NCBI GenBank assembly: GCA_963677895.2
Contig: CAXXGJ010000038.1
Location: 96,001-160,000, forward strand
Direction of reading: 5' to 3'
Length of the DNA stretch: 64,000 nucleotides
DNA from: Treponemataceae bacterium
GTDB lineage: Bacteria > Spirochaetota > Spirochaetia > Treponematales > Rectinemataceae
The position numbers and the translations under genes are program-made. Below the pieces are notes generated by a model. It was not told where the DNA came from. It made no database searches and saw only the letters and a list, made by a program, of their open reading frames with translations. Positions 8,465 through 17,465 of the stretch are shown one piece after another. Position 1 is the stretch's first letter. Each line of letters begins with the position of its first letter.

Positions 8465-10276
8465 ATGTTTAAAGAATTCAGATCCATAATACCGTATCTA
8501 AAAAAATACAAGTGGAACTATAGTATCGGCATAATATTCCTTTTGATCGTGGATGCCGCGCAGGTCCTCATTCCGCGTTTCGTCAAAAAAGCGGTGGATA
8601 TCATCGCCGTCGGCAATTTCAAAGTATCCGCCATCATCGCTCCGGCGCTCTGGATGATCGGCATCGCCGCGATCATCTCGCTTGGAAGATTTTTCTGGCG
8701 GTACTTCATCATCGGAGCCTCGCGGAAAATCGAGACCGAAATGCGCGACAAGCTTTTCGGTCATTTCATGGAAATGTCGGCGGGGTTCTATCAGGCCAAC
8801 AAAACGGGCGATCTCATGGCCAGGGCGACGAACGACATGAACGCCGTGCGCCAATCCATGGGAATGGGCTTCGTATCGTTCGTGGACGGCGTCTTCATGT
8901 CATCGATGATCCTCATCGCCATGATCTCGGACAATACCTCGGTGGCGCTCTACACGATCATACCCCTGCCGCTTATCACCGTCCTGATCCTTTTCTTCGG
9001 AAAGCTCGTGGGAGGGCAGTTCAAGCGGGTGCAGGAAGTCTATTCCAAGCTTTCGGACATAGCCCAGGAAACCTTCGCGGGCATGAGAGTGGTCAAAGCC
9101 TTCGTGAAGGAAGGGTACTTTTCCAAAAGATTTTCCACGACCAACGACCTCTACAAAGACGCCTCCATGGACCTGGTGAAGACCTTCGGTTTCTTCTTTC
9201 CGCTCATATCCTTCCTGGCCGGCATCAGCACGGCGATTCTCATACTGGTGGGCGGCGATTCGGTGCTGAAGAACAAGATGAGTCCCGGCGACATCATCGC
9301 CATGATTTCCTACCTGGAAATGCTCATCTGGCCGCTCATGGGCGCCGGATTTACCGTGAATATCATACAGAGGGGCGCGGCCAGCCTGAAGCGCATCAAC
9401 GAAGTGCTCGATACCAAGAGCGAGATCAAGGAGGCCGAGAACGCGATAACGGAGCCGCCTTCCGGCGGCCTCAGCGTGAGAAACCTCGATTTCACCTTCC
9501 CTGGCGCCTCCAGACCGGCGCTGGAAGGAATTTCCTTCGAAATTCCGGAAGGGAAAACGCTCGGCATCCTAGGCAGGGTGGGCAGCGGAAAATCCACCCT
9601 GCTCAAGGTCCTGCCCAGGCTCATCGATCCTGGGGAAGGCCGGATTTTCATCGGAGGGAAGGACATCTGCGCCTATTCGATCGCTTCGCTCCGCAAGGCT
9701 TATGGCGTCGTTCCTCAGGAATCCTTCCTGTTCTCTGCCTCCGTGCGGAAAAATATACTCTTCGGCAAACCGGACCTGTCCGAGGAACGATTCAACGAGC
9801 TCGCGCGCATAGCATCCCTCGAGCGCGATGTCCAGCTCTTCCCCAAGGGCTGGGATACGATCGTGGGTGAGAAGGGATTGACCCTTTCGGGCGGGCAGAA
9901 ACAAAGAATAGCGATTGCCCGCGCTCTTTCCCTGGATCCGGAAATCCTCGTCCTGGACGACGCGCTTTCGGCGGTCGACGCGGAGACCGAAGAGAAAATT
10001 CTACAGAACCTTCTCGTGGAGAGAAAGGACAGGACCAACATCATCGTTTCCCATCGCGTTTCGACGCTGAGGCACGCCGACAGGGTGCTCGTGCTTGCCG
10101 ACGGCAAATTGATCCAGTATGGCACGCACGAAGCGTTGATAGCCGACAAGGATGGGTTCTACGCCGAAATCGCCGGGCTCCAGGAACTGGAGGCTTCGTC
10201 GATTCCCGCGGCGGCGACGGCGGCCGATGCCGATACGGCAATAGCCGATACGGCTTTTACGGGCGGGGGGAAATAA
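8465..10276 (+). CDS. ABC exporter permease/ATPase (MdlA/YheI-like half of a heterodimer)
   Basis: TM domain with TGDLMARATND; GRVGSGKS; LSGGQKQR; degenerate Walker B LVLDD. Confidence 0.9.
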   Translation: MFKEFRSIIPYLKKYKWNYSIGIIFLLIVDAAQVLIPRFVKKAVDIIAVGNFKVSAIIAPALWMIGIAAIISLGRFFWRYFIIGASRKIETEMRDKLFGHFMEMSAGFYQANKTGDLMARATNDMNAVRQSMGMGFVSFVDGVFMSSMILIAMISDNTSVALYTIIPLPLITVLILFFGKLVGGQFKRVQEVYSKLSDIAQETFAGMRVVKAFVKEGYFSKRFSTTNDLYKDASMDLVKTFGFFFPLISFLAGISTAILILVGGDSVLKNKMSPGDIIAMISYLEMLIWPLMGAGFTVNIIQRGAASLKRINEVLDTKSEIKEAENAITEPPSGGLSVRNLDFTFPGASRPALEGISFEIPEGKTLGILGRVGSGKSTLLKVLPRLIDPGEGRIFIGGKDICAYSIASLRKAYGVVPQESFLFSASVRKNILFGKPDLSEERFNELARIASLERDVQLFPKGWDTIVGEKGLTLSGGQKQRIAIARALSLDPEILVLDDALSAVDAETEEKILQNLLVERKDRTNIIVSHRVSTLRHADRVLVLADGKLIQYGTHEALIADKDGFYAEIAGLQELEASSIPAAATAADADTAIADTAFTGGGK

Positions 10277-10279
10277 GCC

Positions 10280-12379
10280 ATGGCTGAATTCTTCGAAACC
10301 GACGACGTGACGAAAGGCTTTGACTCAGCCATTTCGAAAAGAATACTTTCGTATATAAAACCATATAGGCTCATCGCGGCGCTCGCTTTCCTCGCGCTCG
10401 TGGTCTCCACCGCCGGGGAACTCCTGAGTCCCGTCATCATCCGGCGGGCGATCGACGACGCGCTCATGAAGTCCTGGTATGGATTCTCGGTCAATATTGA
10501 AGGTACGGACGCGAACAGGGTGCTCAAATTGTCGGATGCCGATCCGACAATCCAGGGTAAGGTCTTCGTCAGAACCTCCCGGCTCGCGGGCATGAGTTCG
10601 GCGGAGAAGACCCGTCTCATCGACGAGGGGCTCTTCGATCCGGCCGAGATGTACGTGTTCAAGGTGCAGGAGGGCAACGTCGCGCAGGCGGCGCTCCGCG
10701 CCGCGCGCCCCGAGCTTTTCGCCGTCGAAGGCGAGTGGGGCGTCATTTCCGTCGAAAAGCTCAGGGCGCTGCCCGCCGCCGAGGCGGCGGGCCTACGCGG
10801 CGCCGACAGCGCCCTCGTCGGGCGCTATGTGGCCATGCTGCTTGCGGTCCTGGTGACCATTCTGGTCTCCACCTTCGTCATGATCTATTTCAGCAACCTC
10901 CTCGGTCTCAAGATCATGAAGGATCTCAGGATGCAGCTCTTTGGGCACGTGCTCACCCGCTCCCTGTCATACCTTTCCAAGCAGCCCGTGGGCCGCCTCG
11001 TCACCCGGATGACGAGCGACGTCGAAACGATCAACCAGTTCTTCACGGACGTGCTTTCGGCCTTCATCAAGGATTTCTCTATCATGGCGGGCGCCATCAT
11101 CGTCCTCTACTTCTTCGACTGGCGCCTGGCCCTCGTCGTCACCGCCAGCGTCCCCTTCGTCCTCATCATCTCGAATATCGCAAGGAAAAAGGCGAGGGAC
11201 GCCTTCAGGAATCAGCGGCAATGGACGAGCAAGGTCAACTCGTTCATAGCCGAACACCTTTCGGGCATCGATGTCGTGAAGCTATTCGTCAGGGAAGAAC
11301 CCTCCAAGGCCGAATTTGCCGGTCACGACAGCGCCCTCATGAAGGCCAATCTCGGCGAAATGTACGTTTTCGCCACCTTCAGGCCGGCCGTCGATTTTCT
11401 CGCCATCTTCACCACAGCCCTGGCTATCGTTGTCGGAGCGCTGTTCTATCTTTCCCATTCCATCTCCCTGGGCACCCTCATCGCCTTCGTCAACCTCATC
11501 TCCATGTTCTACTCGCCCATAAAGGACTTGGCCGAAAAATACATACTCCTCCAGAGCGCCATGGCCGGGGGAGAGCGAATCTTCAACCTCCTGGACGCCG
11601 ACGACATGATCGTCGACGCCCCCACGATGGAGATGCCTTCCAAGATCCGCGGACATATACAGTTCGACAAGGTATGGTTCGCCTACAAGGAAGAGGATTG
11701 GATTCTCAAGGATCTATCCTTCACCCTCGACCCCGGGCAGATGGTCGCCATCGTCGGCTATACCGGCGCCGGCAAGACCACGGTGGCCAACCTCGTCACG
11801 CGATTCTGGGACATCCAGAAAGGCGAGATCAGGATCGACGGCTACCCGGTGCGCGGTCTTCCCCTCCATGGTCTCAGGAGAGCGATACAGCCCGTCCCCC
11901 AGGACGTCTTTCTCTTCTCCGGCAGCATTGCGGAAAACATCCGTCTCGGCGAAGACGTGACGGTGGAGCGGATGAAACGCGCGGCGGAAGCCGTCCATGC
12001 CAACGAGTTCATCGAGGCGCTTCCCAACGGCTACGATACCCTCCTCGCCGAAAGCGGCAGCAACCTCTCCCAGGGGCAGCGGCAGCTCCTCTCCTTCGCC
12101 CGCGTCCTGGCCCACGATCCGGCCATCATCATTCTCGATGAGGCGACGAGTTCCGTCGATACCGAGACGGAACAGCTCATCCAGAGGGGCATAGAAGGCC
12201 TCCTGTCGGGCAGGACGAGCGTCGTCATCGCGCATCGTCTTTCCACCATCCGCCACGCCGACAAGATCATCGTCCTCGCCCAGGGCCAGATCGCCGAAAC
12301 AGGGACCCACGACGAGCTTATCGAAAAGAAGGGGCTTTACTGGAACCTCTACCGCCTCCAGAACAGCGGACTCGTATGA
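10280..12379 (+). CDS. ABC exporter permease/ATPase (MdlB/YheH-like partner)
   Basis: GRLVTRMTSD; GYTGAGKT; LSQGQRQ; ILDEATS; AHRLST. Confidence 0.9.
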   Translation: MAEFFETDDVTKGFDSAISKRILSYIKPYRLIAALAFLALVVSTAGELLSPVIIRRAIDDALMKSWYGFSVNIEGTDANRVLKLSDADPTIQGKVFVRTSRLAGMSSAEKTRLIDEGLFDPAEMYVFKVQEGNVAQAALRAARPELFAVEGEWGVISVEKLRALPAAEAAGLRGADSALVGRYVAMLLAVLVTILVSTFVMIYFSNLLGLKIMKDLRMQLFGHVLTRSLSYLSKQPVGRLVTRMTSDVETINQFFTDVLSAFIKDFSIMAGAIIVLYFFDWRLALVVTASVPFVLIISNIARKKARDAFRNQRQWTSKVNSFIAEHLSGIDVVKLFVREEPSKAEFAGHDSALMKANLGEMYVFATFRPAVDFLAIFTTALAIVVGALFYLSHSISLGTLIAFVNLISMFYSPIKDLAEKYILLQSAMAGGERIFNLLDADDMIVDAPTMEMPSKIRGHIQFDKVWFAYKEEDWILKDLSFTLDPGQMVAIVGYTGAGKTTVANLVTRFWDIQKGEIRIDGYPVRGLPLHGLRRAIQPVPQDVFLFSGSIAENIRLGEDVTVERMKRAAEAVHANEFIEALPNGYDTLLAESGSNLSQGQRQLLSFARVLAHDPAIIILDEATSSVDTETEQLIQRGIEGLLSGRTSVVIAHRLSTIRHADKIIVLAQGQIAETGTHDELIEKKGLYWNLYRLQNSGLV

Positions 12380-13299
12380 TCGCCGGCTTTCCTTTCCAGA
12401 ACGTCGAAACGCCATTCATAGCCTTCGAGACAGAAGAATATCTTTGCGTCTTCAAGCCGGCGGGTACGCATTCAGTTCCCTTGGCCTCTCGTGACCGCGA
12501 TCTCGTTTCCTGGCTTGGAACCGCGCGGCCCGACCAAGCCGGAGGATTCGAAAAGCCTTCCGATGGCGGCATGGAGCCCCGTGGCGCGATCCCGAATCAG
12601 GAAAAGGGGAATTCCCTCCGGCTCAGGATGAAAAGCGAACTGGGCATGCTGTCGCGCCTCGACGCCGATACTTCCGGGCTCATACTTTTCGCCCGTTCCG
12701 AGGAGGTTTTTCTCCGGAGCCTCGCGGCGCAAAAGCAAGGGTTTATGCGCAAATTCTACCGCCTGGCTGCCGCTCGCGGCGAAAGCGGAGGGGAACTCCC
12801 GGGATCTCGCCCCCTCCGCTGTCCGATCCCAGGAATTGGGCCCTTGCTGGACAATCGGGCAAACGCTTCAAGCGACCTTCGCGAACCTGGTAGAAAGCCT
12901 GAAACATTGAGCGTCGAGAGTTATTTCCGCTCCTATGGCGAGAAAAGGGCCCGTGTCGCCTGCGTGTCGCCGGAATTCAGGAAGGATGAAAAGAAACCTC
13001 TTTCGCCCATATCCTACCGAACGACGATATCCTCTCGGGGGCGATCCCTGGTTGAGGAATTCCATGAAATTGAGAAAGTCGTCGATGTGGAGGCGGAGAT
13101 ATCGTCGGGATTCAGGCATCAGATACGCGCGCACATGGCCTGGGCCGGCTATCCTGTCGCCGGAGACAGGCTCTACGGCGGCATCGCGGCGTCGCGGCTC
13201 TATCTTGAATGTCACCGGGTCGAAATAATCTTTCCCGGATGCGAAAGCCTGGTTTTTGATATCTACGCGCGGAACGAATCGACGGGGAATGTTTCGTGA
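12376..13299 (+). CDS. RluA-family RNA pseudouridine synthase
   Basis: FKPAG, SRLDADTSG (catalytic Asp), GFRHQIRAHMA, GDRLYG. Confidence 0.85.
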   Translation: MIAGFPFQNVETPFIAFETEEYLCVFKPAGTHSVPLASRDRDLVSWLGTARPDQAGGFEKPSDGGMEPRGAIPNQEKGNSLRLRMKSELGMLSRLDADTSGLILFARSEEVFLRSLAAQKQGFMRKFYRLAAARGESGGELPGSRPLRCPIPGIGPLLDNRANASSDLREPGRKPETLSVESYFRSYGEKRARVACVSPEFRKDEKKPLSPISYRTTISSRGRSLVEEFHEIEKVVDVEAEISSGFRHQIRAHMAWAGYPVAGDRLYGGIAASRLYLECHRVEIIFPGCESLVFDIYARNESTGNVS

Positions 13300-14075
13300 A
13301 GATATGGACAATATCGCCCGAAATCGATGATCGCCGCTATATGGAGTTCGATTTTGACTGCCCAGGTGCGCCCAGGGCCATTCTGAGCACCGTGGCGGCG
13401 GGAAACATGAAGTATGACCCCTCCGGGGTGAACCTTGTCCGCGGGCGGTTTTTCTCCGGGCTGGGCCTGGATCCTTCGAGGATACTGTCCCTCCAGCTGA
13501 GGCACACGCGCAACGTGATCTTTCAGGGGAAGGGCAAGGCGATGACAGATCTTCACCAAAAAGCCGATGCCCTGGGCGGAGCCGATGGCCTTGTCGTGGC
13601 CGAGCCCGATTCGATACCCGCCTTGACGGTGGCCGACTGCATGCCCATCTGGCTTTTCGATTCGAAGAAAGAGGTATTCGGCCTGCTTCATTCAGGCTGG
13701 AGAGGGACAGGCATTCTCAGGGAAGCGGTGACAGGCATGGTTTCCCGGTTCGGATCCGCGCCGGAGGACATCTCGGCGATATTGGGGCCGAGCATCGGCG
13801 CCTGCTGCTATACCGTGCCCGAGGAGAGGGCGATGAGCTTCGCGGCCGAGTTCGGCGAAACCTCGATCCGCCCCGCGAGCGCGGAACCGGGAAAGGACAG
13901 CATCTCCTTCAGCATCGACTTGCGTGCCGCGAATATCCACCTGGCGGGGAATCTCGGACTGGGTACTTTGCTGGACGTCAAAATATGCACGTCCTGCTCG
14001 CCGAATCTGGGTTCGTTCAGGAGACAGGGAGCCCAGGACTTCACGAGGATGTTGGCGCTTTGCGGGTATTTCTGA
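13296..14075 (+). CDS. YfiH/PgeF family (polyphenol oxidase-like purine nucleoside phosphorylase)
   Basis: ADGL, TVADCMPI, HSGWRG, GPSIGACCY, CTSC, SFRR. Confidence 0.88.
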   Translation: MKIWTISPEIDDRRYMEFDFDCPGAPRAILSTVAAGNMKYDPSGVNLVRGRFFSGLGLDPSRILSLQLRHTRNVIFQGKGKAMTDLHQKADALGGADGLVVAEPDSIPALTVADCMPIWLFDSKKEVFGLLHSGWRGTGILREAVTGMVSRFGSAPEDISAILGPSIGACCYTVPEERAMSFAAEFGETSIRPASAEPGKDSISFSIDLRAANIHLAGNLGLGTLLDVKICTSCSPNLGSFRRQGAQDFTRMLALCGYF

Positions 14076-14248
14076 TATCCCATTTTATTTTTCCACAGCT
14101 TCACAGAAAAACCGAAGAATGATAATATGTCCGCAAGGACGGAGTCGATTGCGTAACGTGAGCAACCAGCCGCCCTGAAACGCTTCATGTTTCAGGATCG
14201 CAACTTCGCGTGATTGAGCTGAAAGCATACATTTCAAGGAGAACTGCA

Positions 14249-14419
14249 ATGGCATACAAAGTTACCGATGCCTGCGTCAACTGCGGCGCCTGCGAAGGCG
14301 AATGCCCCGTCACCGCTATCAGCGAGAAGAACGATGCCCGCTGGATCGATCCCGACAAATGCATCGATTGCGGAACCTGCGCCTCCAGCTGCCCGACCGA
14401 AGCTATCGTCGCCGGCTGA
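14249..14419 (+). CDS. Clostridial-type 2[4Fe-4S] ferredoxin
   Basis: MAYKVTDA-CVNCGACEGECP...CIDCGTCASSCP; AAGGAG RBS. Confidence 0.96.
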   Translation: MAYKVTDACVNCGACEGECPVTAISEKNDARWIDPDKCIDCGTCASSCPTEAIVAG

Positions 14420-14459
14420 GCCAAGGATAGCCATCGGCCGAAAGCCCCTGGCCACATAG

Positions 14460-14487
14460 AAAAAGCTGCCCTCGCGGGCAGCTTTTT
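14460..14487. terminator. Bidirectional intrinsic terminator
   Basis: A5-GCTGCCC-TCGC-GGGCAGC-T5. Confidence 0.85.
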
Positions 14488-14530
14488 ATTTGTCCGCGGC
14501 ATCGACGCCGGGGTGCGCGCTATTACGGCG

Positions 14531-15859
14531 TCACAGTCTATGCTTCGCGCAGAACGCGTCCAGCACGTCGACGAGATCGGGCTTCCCGATTTCCTGGAGG
14601 TCGTAGCCTACTTTCACGATCGGCTTGTTGATCTTGATTATCCGCGAAAGATCGATCGGCGTCGCGATGAGGACGGCGTCGCAGTCGGTCGCGTTTATCG
14701 TCTTCTCCAGATCCGATATCTGTTCCGCTCCATAGCCCATGGCAGGCAGTAGGGTTCCTATATTGGGATATATCCTGAAGGTTTCGGCCAGCTTGCCGAC
14801 GACGTAAGGGCGGGGGTCCACGATCTGGGCCGCCTGGAATTTGCGCGCCGCCACGACGCCCGCGCCTATTTTCATCATCCCATGGGTGAGGGTGGGGCCG
14901 TCCTCGACGCAGAGAACCCGCTTGCCCTTGATCAGCTCTGGTCTGTCGACGCTTATCGGGCTCGCCGCGTCGATGACTATGGCTTCCGGATTCACTCTCG
15001 TTATGTTTTCGCGTACGGTCTGCACGTCCTCGGGGCTTGCCGTATCGATCTTGTTGATGATGACGACATCGGCCATGCGCAGGCTCGCTTCGCCGGGATA
15101 GAATGAGACCTCGTTGCCGGCTCTCAAGGGATCGGCTACCGTGACCATGAGATCGGGAACATAGAAGGGGAAGTCATTGTTGCCTCCGTCCCAGAGAATT
15201 ACGTCCGCTTCTTTTTCCGCCTGTCTGAGTATCGCCTCGTAATCCACCCCGGAATAGATCACATTGCCCCTCACTACGTGGGGTTCGTATTCTTCCATCT
15301 CTTCGATGGTGCATTTATGGTAGGCCAGGTCTTCCACGGTGGCGAATCGCTGCACTTTCTGGCGCACCAAGTCTCCATAGGGCATGGGGTGGCGGATCGC
15401 CACGACTTTGAGGCCGCGCGCCATCAGCATCTGGACAATCTTGCGCGAAGTCTGACTTTTTCCCGATCCCGTACGCACGGCGCAGACGGCTATCAGGGGT
15501 TTTGTCGACTTGATCTGCGTGTCCTTGGGGCCGAGGAGGGTGAAGGAGGCTCCTGCGGCGTTCACGAGAGCCGAGAGGCTCATGACGTGGGCATAGGGTA
15601 CATCCGAATAGGAGAAAACGCATTCGTCTATGGAAAGCTCAGCTATGAGCCGGGGCAGGTCTGATTCGGCATAAATCGGGATGCCGTCGGGATAGAGGGG
15701 GCCGGCAAGCTCCGAGGGATATTTTCTTCCATCGATATCGGGAATCTGCGCGGCGGTAAAGGCGGCTACCTCGACGGACGCGTCATTTCTAAATCTTGTG
15801 TTGAAGTTATGAAAATCCCTTCCAGCCGCTCCTATGATGATCACTTTTCTTCGCTTCAT
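14531..15859 (-). CDS. COG2403 P-loop enzyme (cyclic 2,3-diphosphoglycerate synthetase-like); probable arginine synthetase ArcE
   Basis: GAAGRDFHNFN, VRTGSGKSQTSR P-loop, RHPMPYGDL, TIEEMEEYEPH, WDGGNNDFPF, EDGPTLTHG; GGGAGG RBS; divergent from arginine deiminase. Confidence 0.75.
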   Translation of the reverse strand: MKRRKVIIIGAAGRDFHNFNTRFRNDASVEVAAFTAAQIPDIDGRKYPSELAGPLYPDGIPIYAESDLPRLIAELSIDECVFSYSDVPYAHVMSLSALVNAAGASFTLLGPKDTQIKSTKPLIAVCAVRTGSGKSQTSRKIVQMLMARGLKVVAIRHPMPYGDLVRQKVQRFATVEDLAYHKCTIEEMEEYEPHVVRGNVIYSGVDYEAILRQAEKEADVILWDGGNNDFPFYVPDLMVTVADPLRAGNEVSFYPGEASLRMADVVIINKIDTASPEDVQTVRENITRVNPEAIVIDAASPISVDRPELIKGKRVLCVEDGPTLTHGMMKIGAGVVAARKFQAAQIVDPRPYVVGKLAETFRIYPNIGTLLPAMGYGAEQISDLEKTINATDCDAVLIATPIDLSRIIKINKPIVKVGYDLQEIGKPDLVDVLDAFCAKHRL

Positions 15860-15974
15860 GCCGAAGGCCTCCCTTGGGAAAGGGCCTTTGCCCCCTCCGG
15901 AAGCTATGATCCGATGTCCACATATACCTGTCAAGATTGCGACATTAAATATGATTTGTTCAAAAAACGTTGAT

Positions 15975-15992
15975 TTTGCATATACATTCAAG
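15975..15992. promoter_or_regulatory. ARG box (ArgR/AhrC operator)
   Basis: TT-TGCAT-ATAC-ATTCA-AG matches TG(A/C)AT-N4-AT(T/G)CA between two arginine-metabolism genes. Confidence 0.7.
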
Positions 15993-16111
15993 CCGAATTT
16001 CCGCTTCGCGAAGTTCATGCAGAAAAGGCCGAGAAAACGACGATAGTTATGCAAAAAGAGCATCGCGGTAAATGTGAAGATTTTTTTTTATTCCTGGTGC
16101 ATACTTCTCCT

Positions 16112-17356
16112 ATGAAAAGTCTGGCGATAGATAGCGAAATCGGCAATCTGCGGCGCGTGATTCTCCATACGCCTGGTCCCGAAATCGAGGCGATGACTCC
16201 GGGAGAGGCCGAAAAGGATCTCTACAACGACATCATTCCCTTGAGTTCGGTCCTGGAAGAGTATCTTCAGCTCAAGAAATTCCTGGCCTGTGTCGCCGAA
16301 GTCCACGAACTCCTGGATCTGCTGACCGACTGCCTTGTCGACGTGGGCAATAAATTCGAATTCCTCACCGATCTGTCGCGCTGCTTTCCTATACGGACCT
16401 CGATGGAGGAGTTCATGGGCATGCCCGCCAGGCAGCTGGCTGAGGCAATCGTCCATGGCGTGCAAGCCCCGGCGAATTCCCTGGCCCATCGCCTGGATGA
16501 GGAAAGCTTCATCTCTAGACCGCTTCCGAACACCTATTTCATGAGGGACAGCGCCGCCGTGATCGGGGACTGCGCCGTATCGGCCGCTACCGCCTTCGAC
16601 GTGCGCATGGTCGAAGCGGTGATCACGCGTTTCATCTTCACCCATCATCAGGACTTCGCGGCCAGAACCCTCCTTTTCGACGGACCTTCGGAGAGAAACC
16701 GCTACATGACCATCGAGGGCGGCGATATCATCGTGCTTTCCCCCACCGTTTTCGCCATCGGGGTTTCGGAACGCACGACGCCCTACGCCGTGGAACGCAT
16801 CGCCAAGAACGCGGCGAGGATTTCGGAGTCGGATATCACGGTATTCGCCGTCGACCTGCCCAAGACGAGGGCGACAATCCATCTCGACATGGTATTCACG
16901 ATGATCGACAGCGACGCGGCACTCGTCTACGAGCCCGCCATCCTCGGGGCGAAGAGAAATTCAGTCTATCGGATCGACGCGGGGAAGGGCGGAAAGCTGA
17001 AGTACAGGGAAGTGGATTCCCTGCTGTCGGGTTTGAAGGAACAGGGCATGGACCTCGCTCCCATACTCTGCGGCAAGGGCCATCGCATCCATCAGCAGCG
17101 CGAGCAGTGGCTTTCGGGCGCTAATTCCTTCGCTTTCGCCCCCGGGAAGATAATCATGTATTCCTGCAACAAGTTCACCGTGGAAGCCTTGTCAGACGCG
17201 GGATTCTCCATCGTCAAATCGGAGAACTTCATAAGCGGCAAGGAATCAGTCGCCGACTACGAACATCTGGCGGTGACCTTCGACGGCATTGAACTGGCGC
17301 GAGGGGGCGGCGGCGCGCGCTGCATGACCCTTCCCGTGGAGAGAGACAAGGTCTAG
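16112..17356 (+). CDS. arcA: Arginine deiminase
   Basis: SEIGNLRRVILHTPG, PNTYFMRD, IEGGD, IHLDMVFT, REQW, ELARGGGGARCMT. Confidence 0.93.
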   Translation: MKSLAIDSEIGNLRRVILHTPGPEIEAMTPGEAEKDLYNDIIPLSSVLEEYLQLKKFLACVAEVHELLDLLTDCLVDVGNKFEFLTDLSRCFPIRTSMEEFMGMPARQLAEAIVHGVQAPANSLAHRLDEESFISRPLPNTYFMRDSAAVIGDCAVSAATAFDVRMVEAVITRFIFTHHQDFAARTLLFDGPSERNRYMTIEGGDIIVLSPTVFAIGVSERTTPYAVERIAKNAARISESDITVFAVDLPKTRATIHLDMVFTMIDSDAALVYEPAILGAKRNSVYRIDAGKGGKLKYREVDSLLSGLKEQGMDLAPILCGKGHRIHQQREQWLSGANSFAFAPGKIIMYSCNKFTVEALSDAGFSIVKSENFISGKESVADYEHLAVTFDGIELARGGGGARCMTLPVERDKV

Positions 17357-17398
17357 CGCGTCACTATTTCCTTTTGAATATGCTCTTTCAAATACAAG

Positions 17399-17432
17399 AA
17401 AAAGCCCTTCCGGCAAAACCGGAAGGGCTTTT
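17399..17432. terminator. Bidirectional terminator between arcA and nrdJ
   Basis: AAAAAGCCCTTCCGG-CAAAA-CCGGAAGGGCTTTT. Confidence 0.9.
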
Positions 17433-17465
17433 ATTATAAATCATACATAGTGAATCAATAAAACA

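Noticed and set aside
14129..14145. GTCC-GCAA-GGAC hairpin as SRP RNA
   Set aside because: Lacks the CAGG/AGCAG internal loop and GGAA tetraloop, and overlaps the likely TSS
14531..16063. Extended N-termini from the ORF track (16063, 16049, 29107, 35460, 43076, 49169, 53649, 56317)
   Set aside because: Extensions overlap neighbours or regulatory DNA; recognisable family sequence and RBS or promoter signals point to downstream starts
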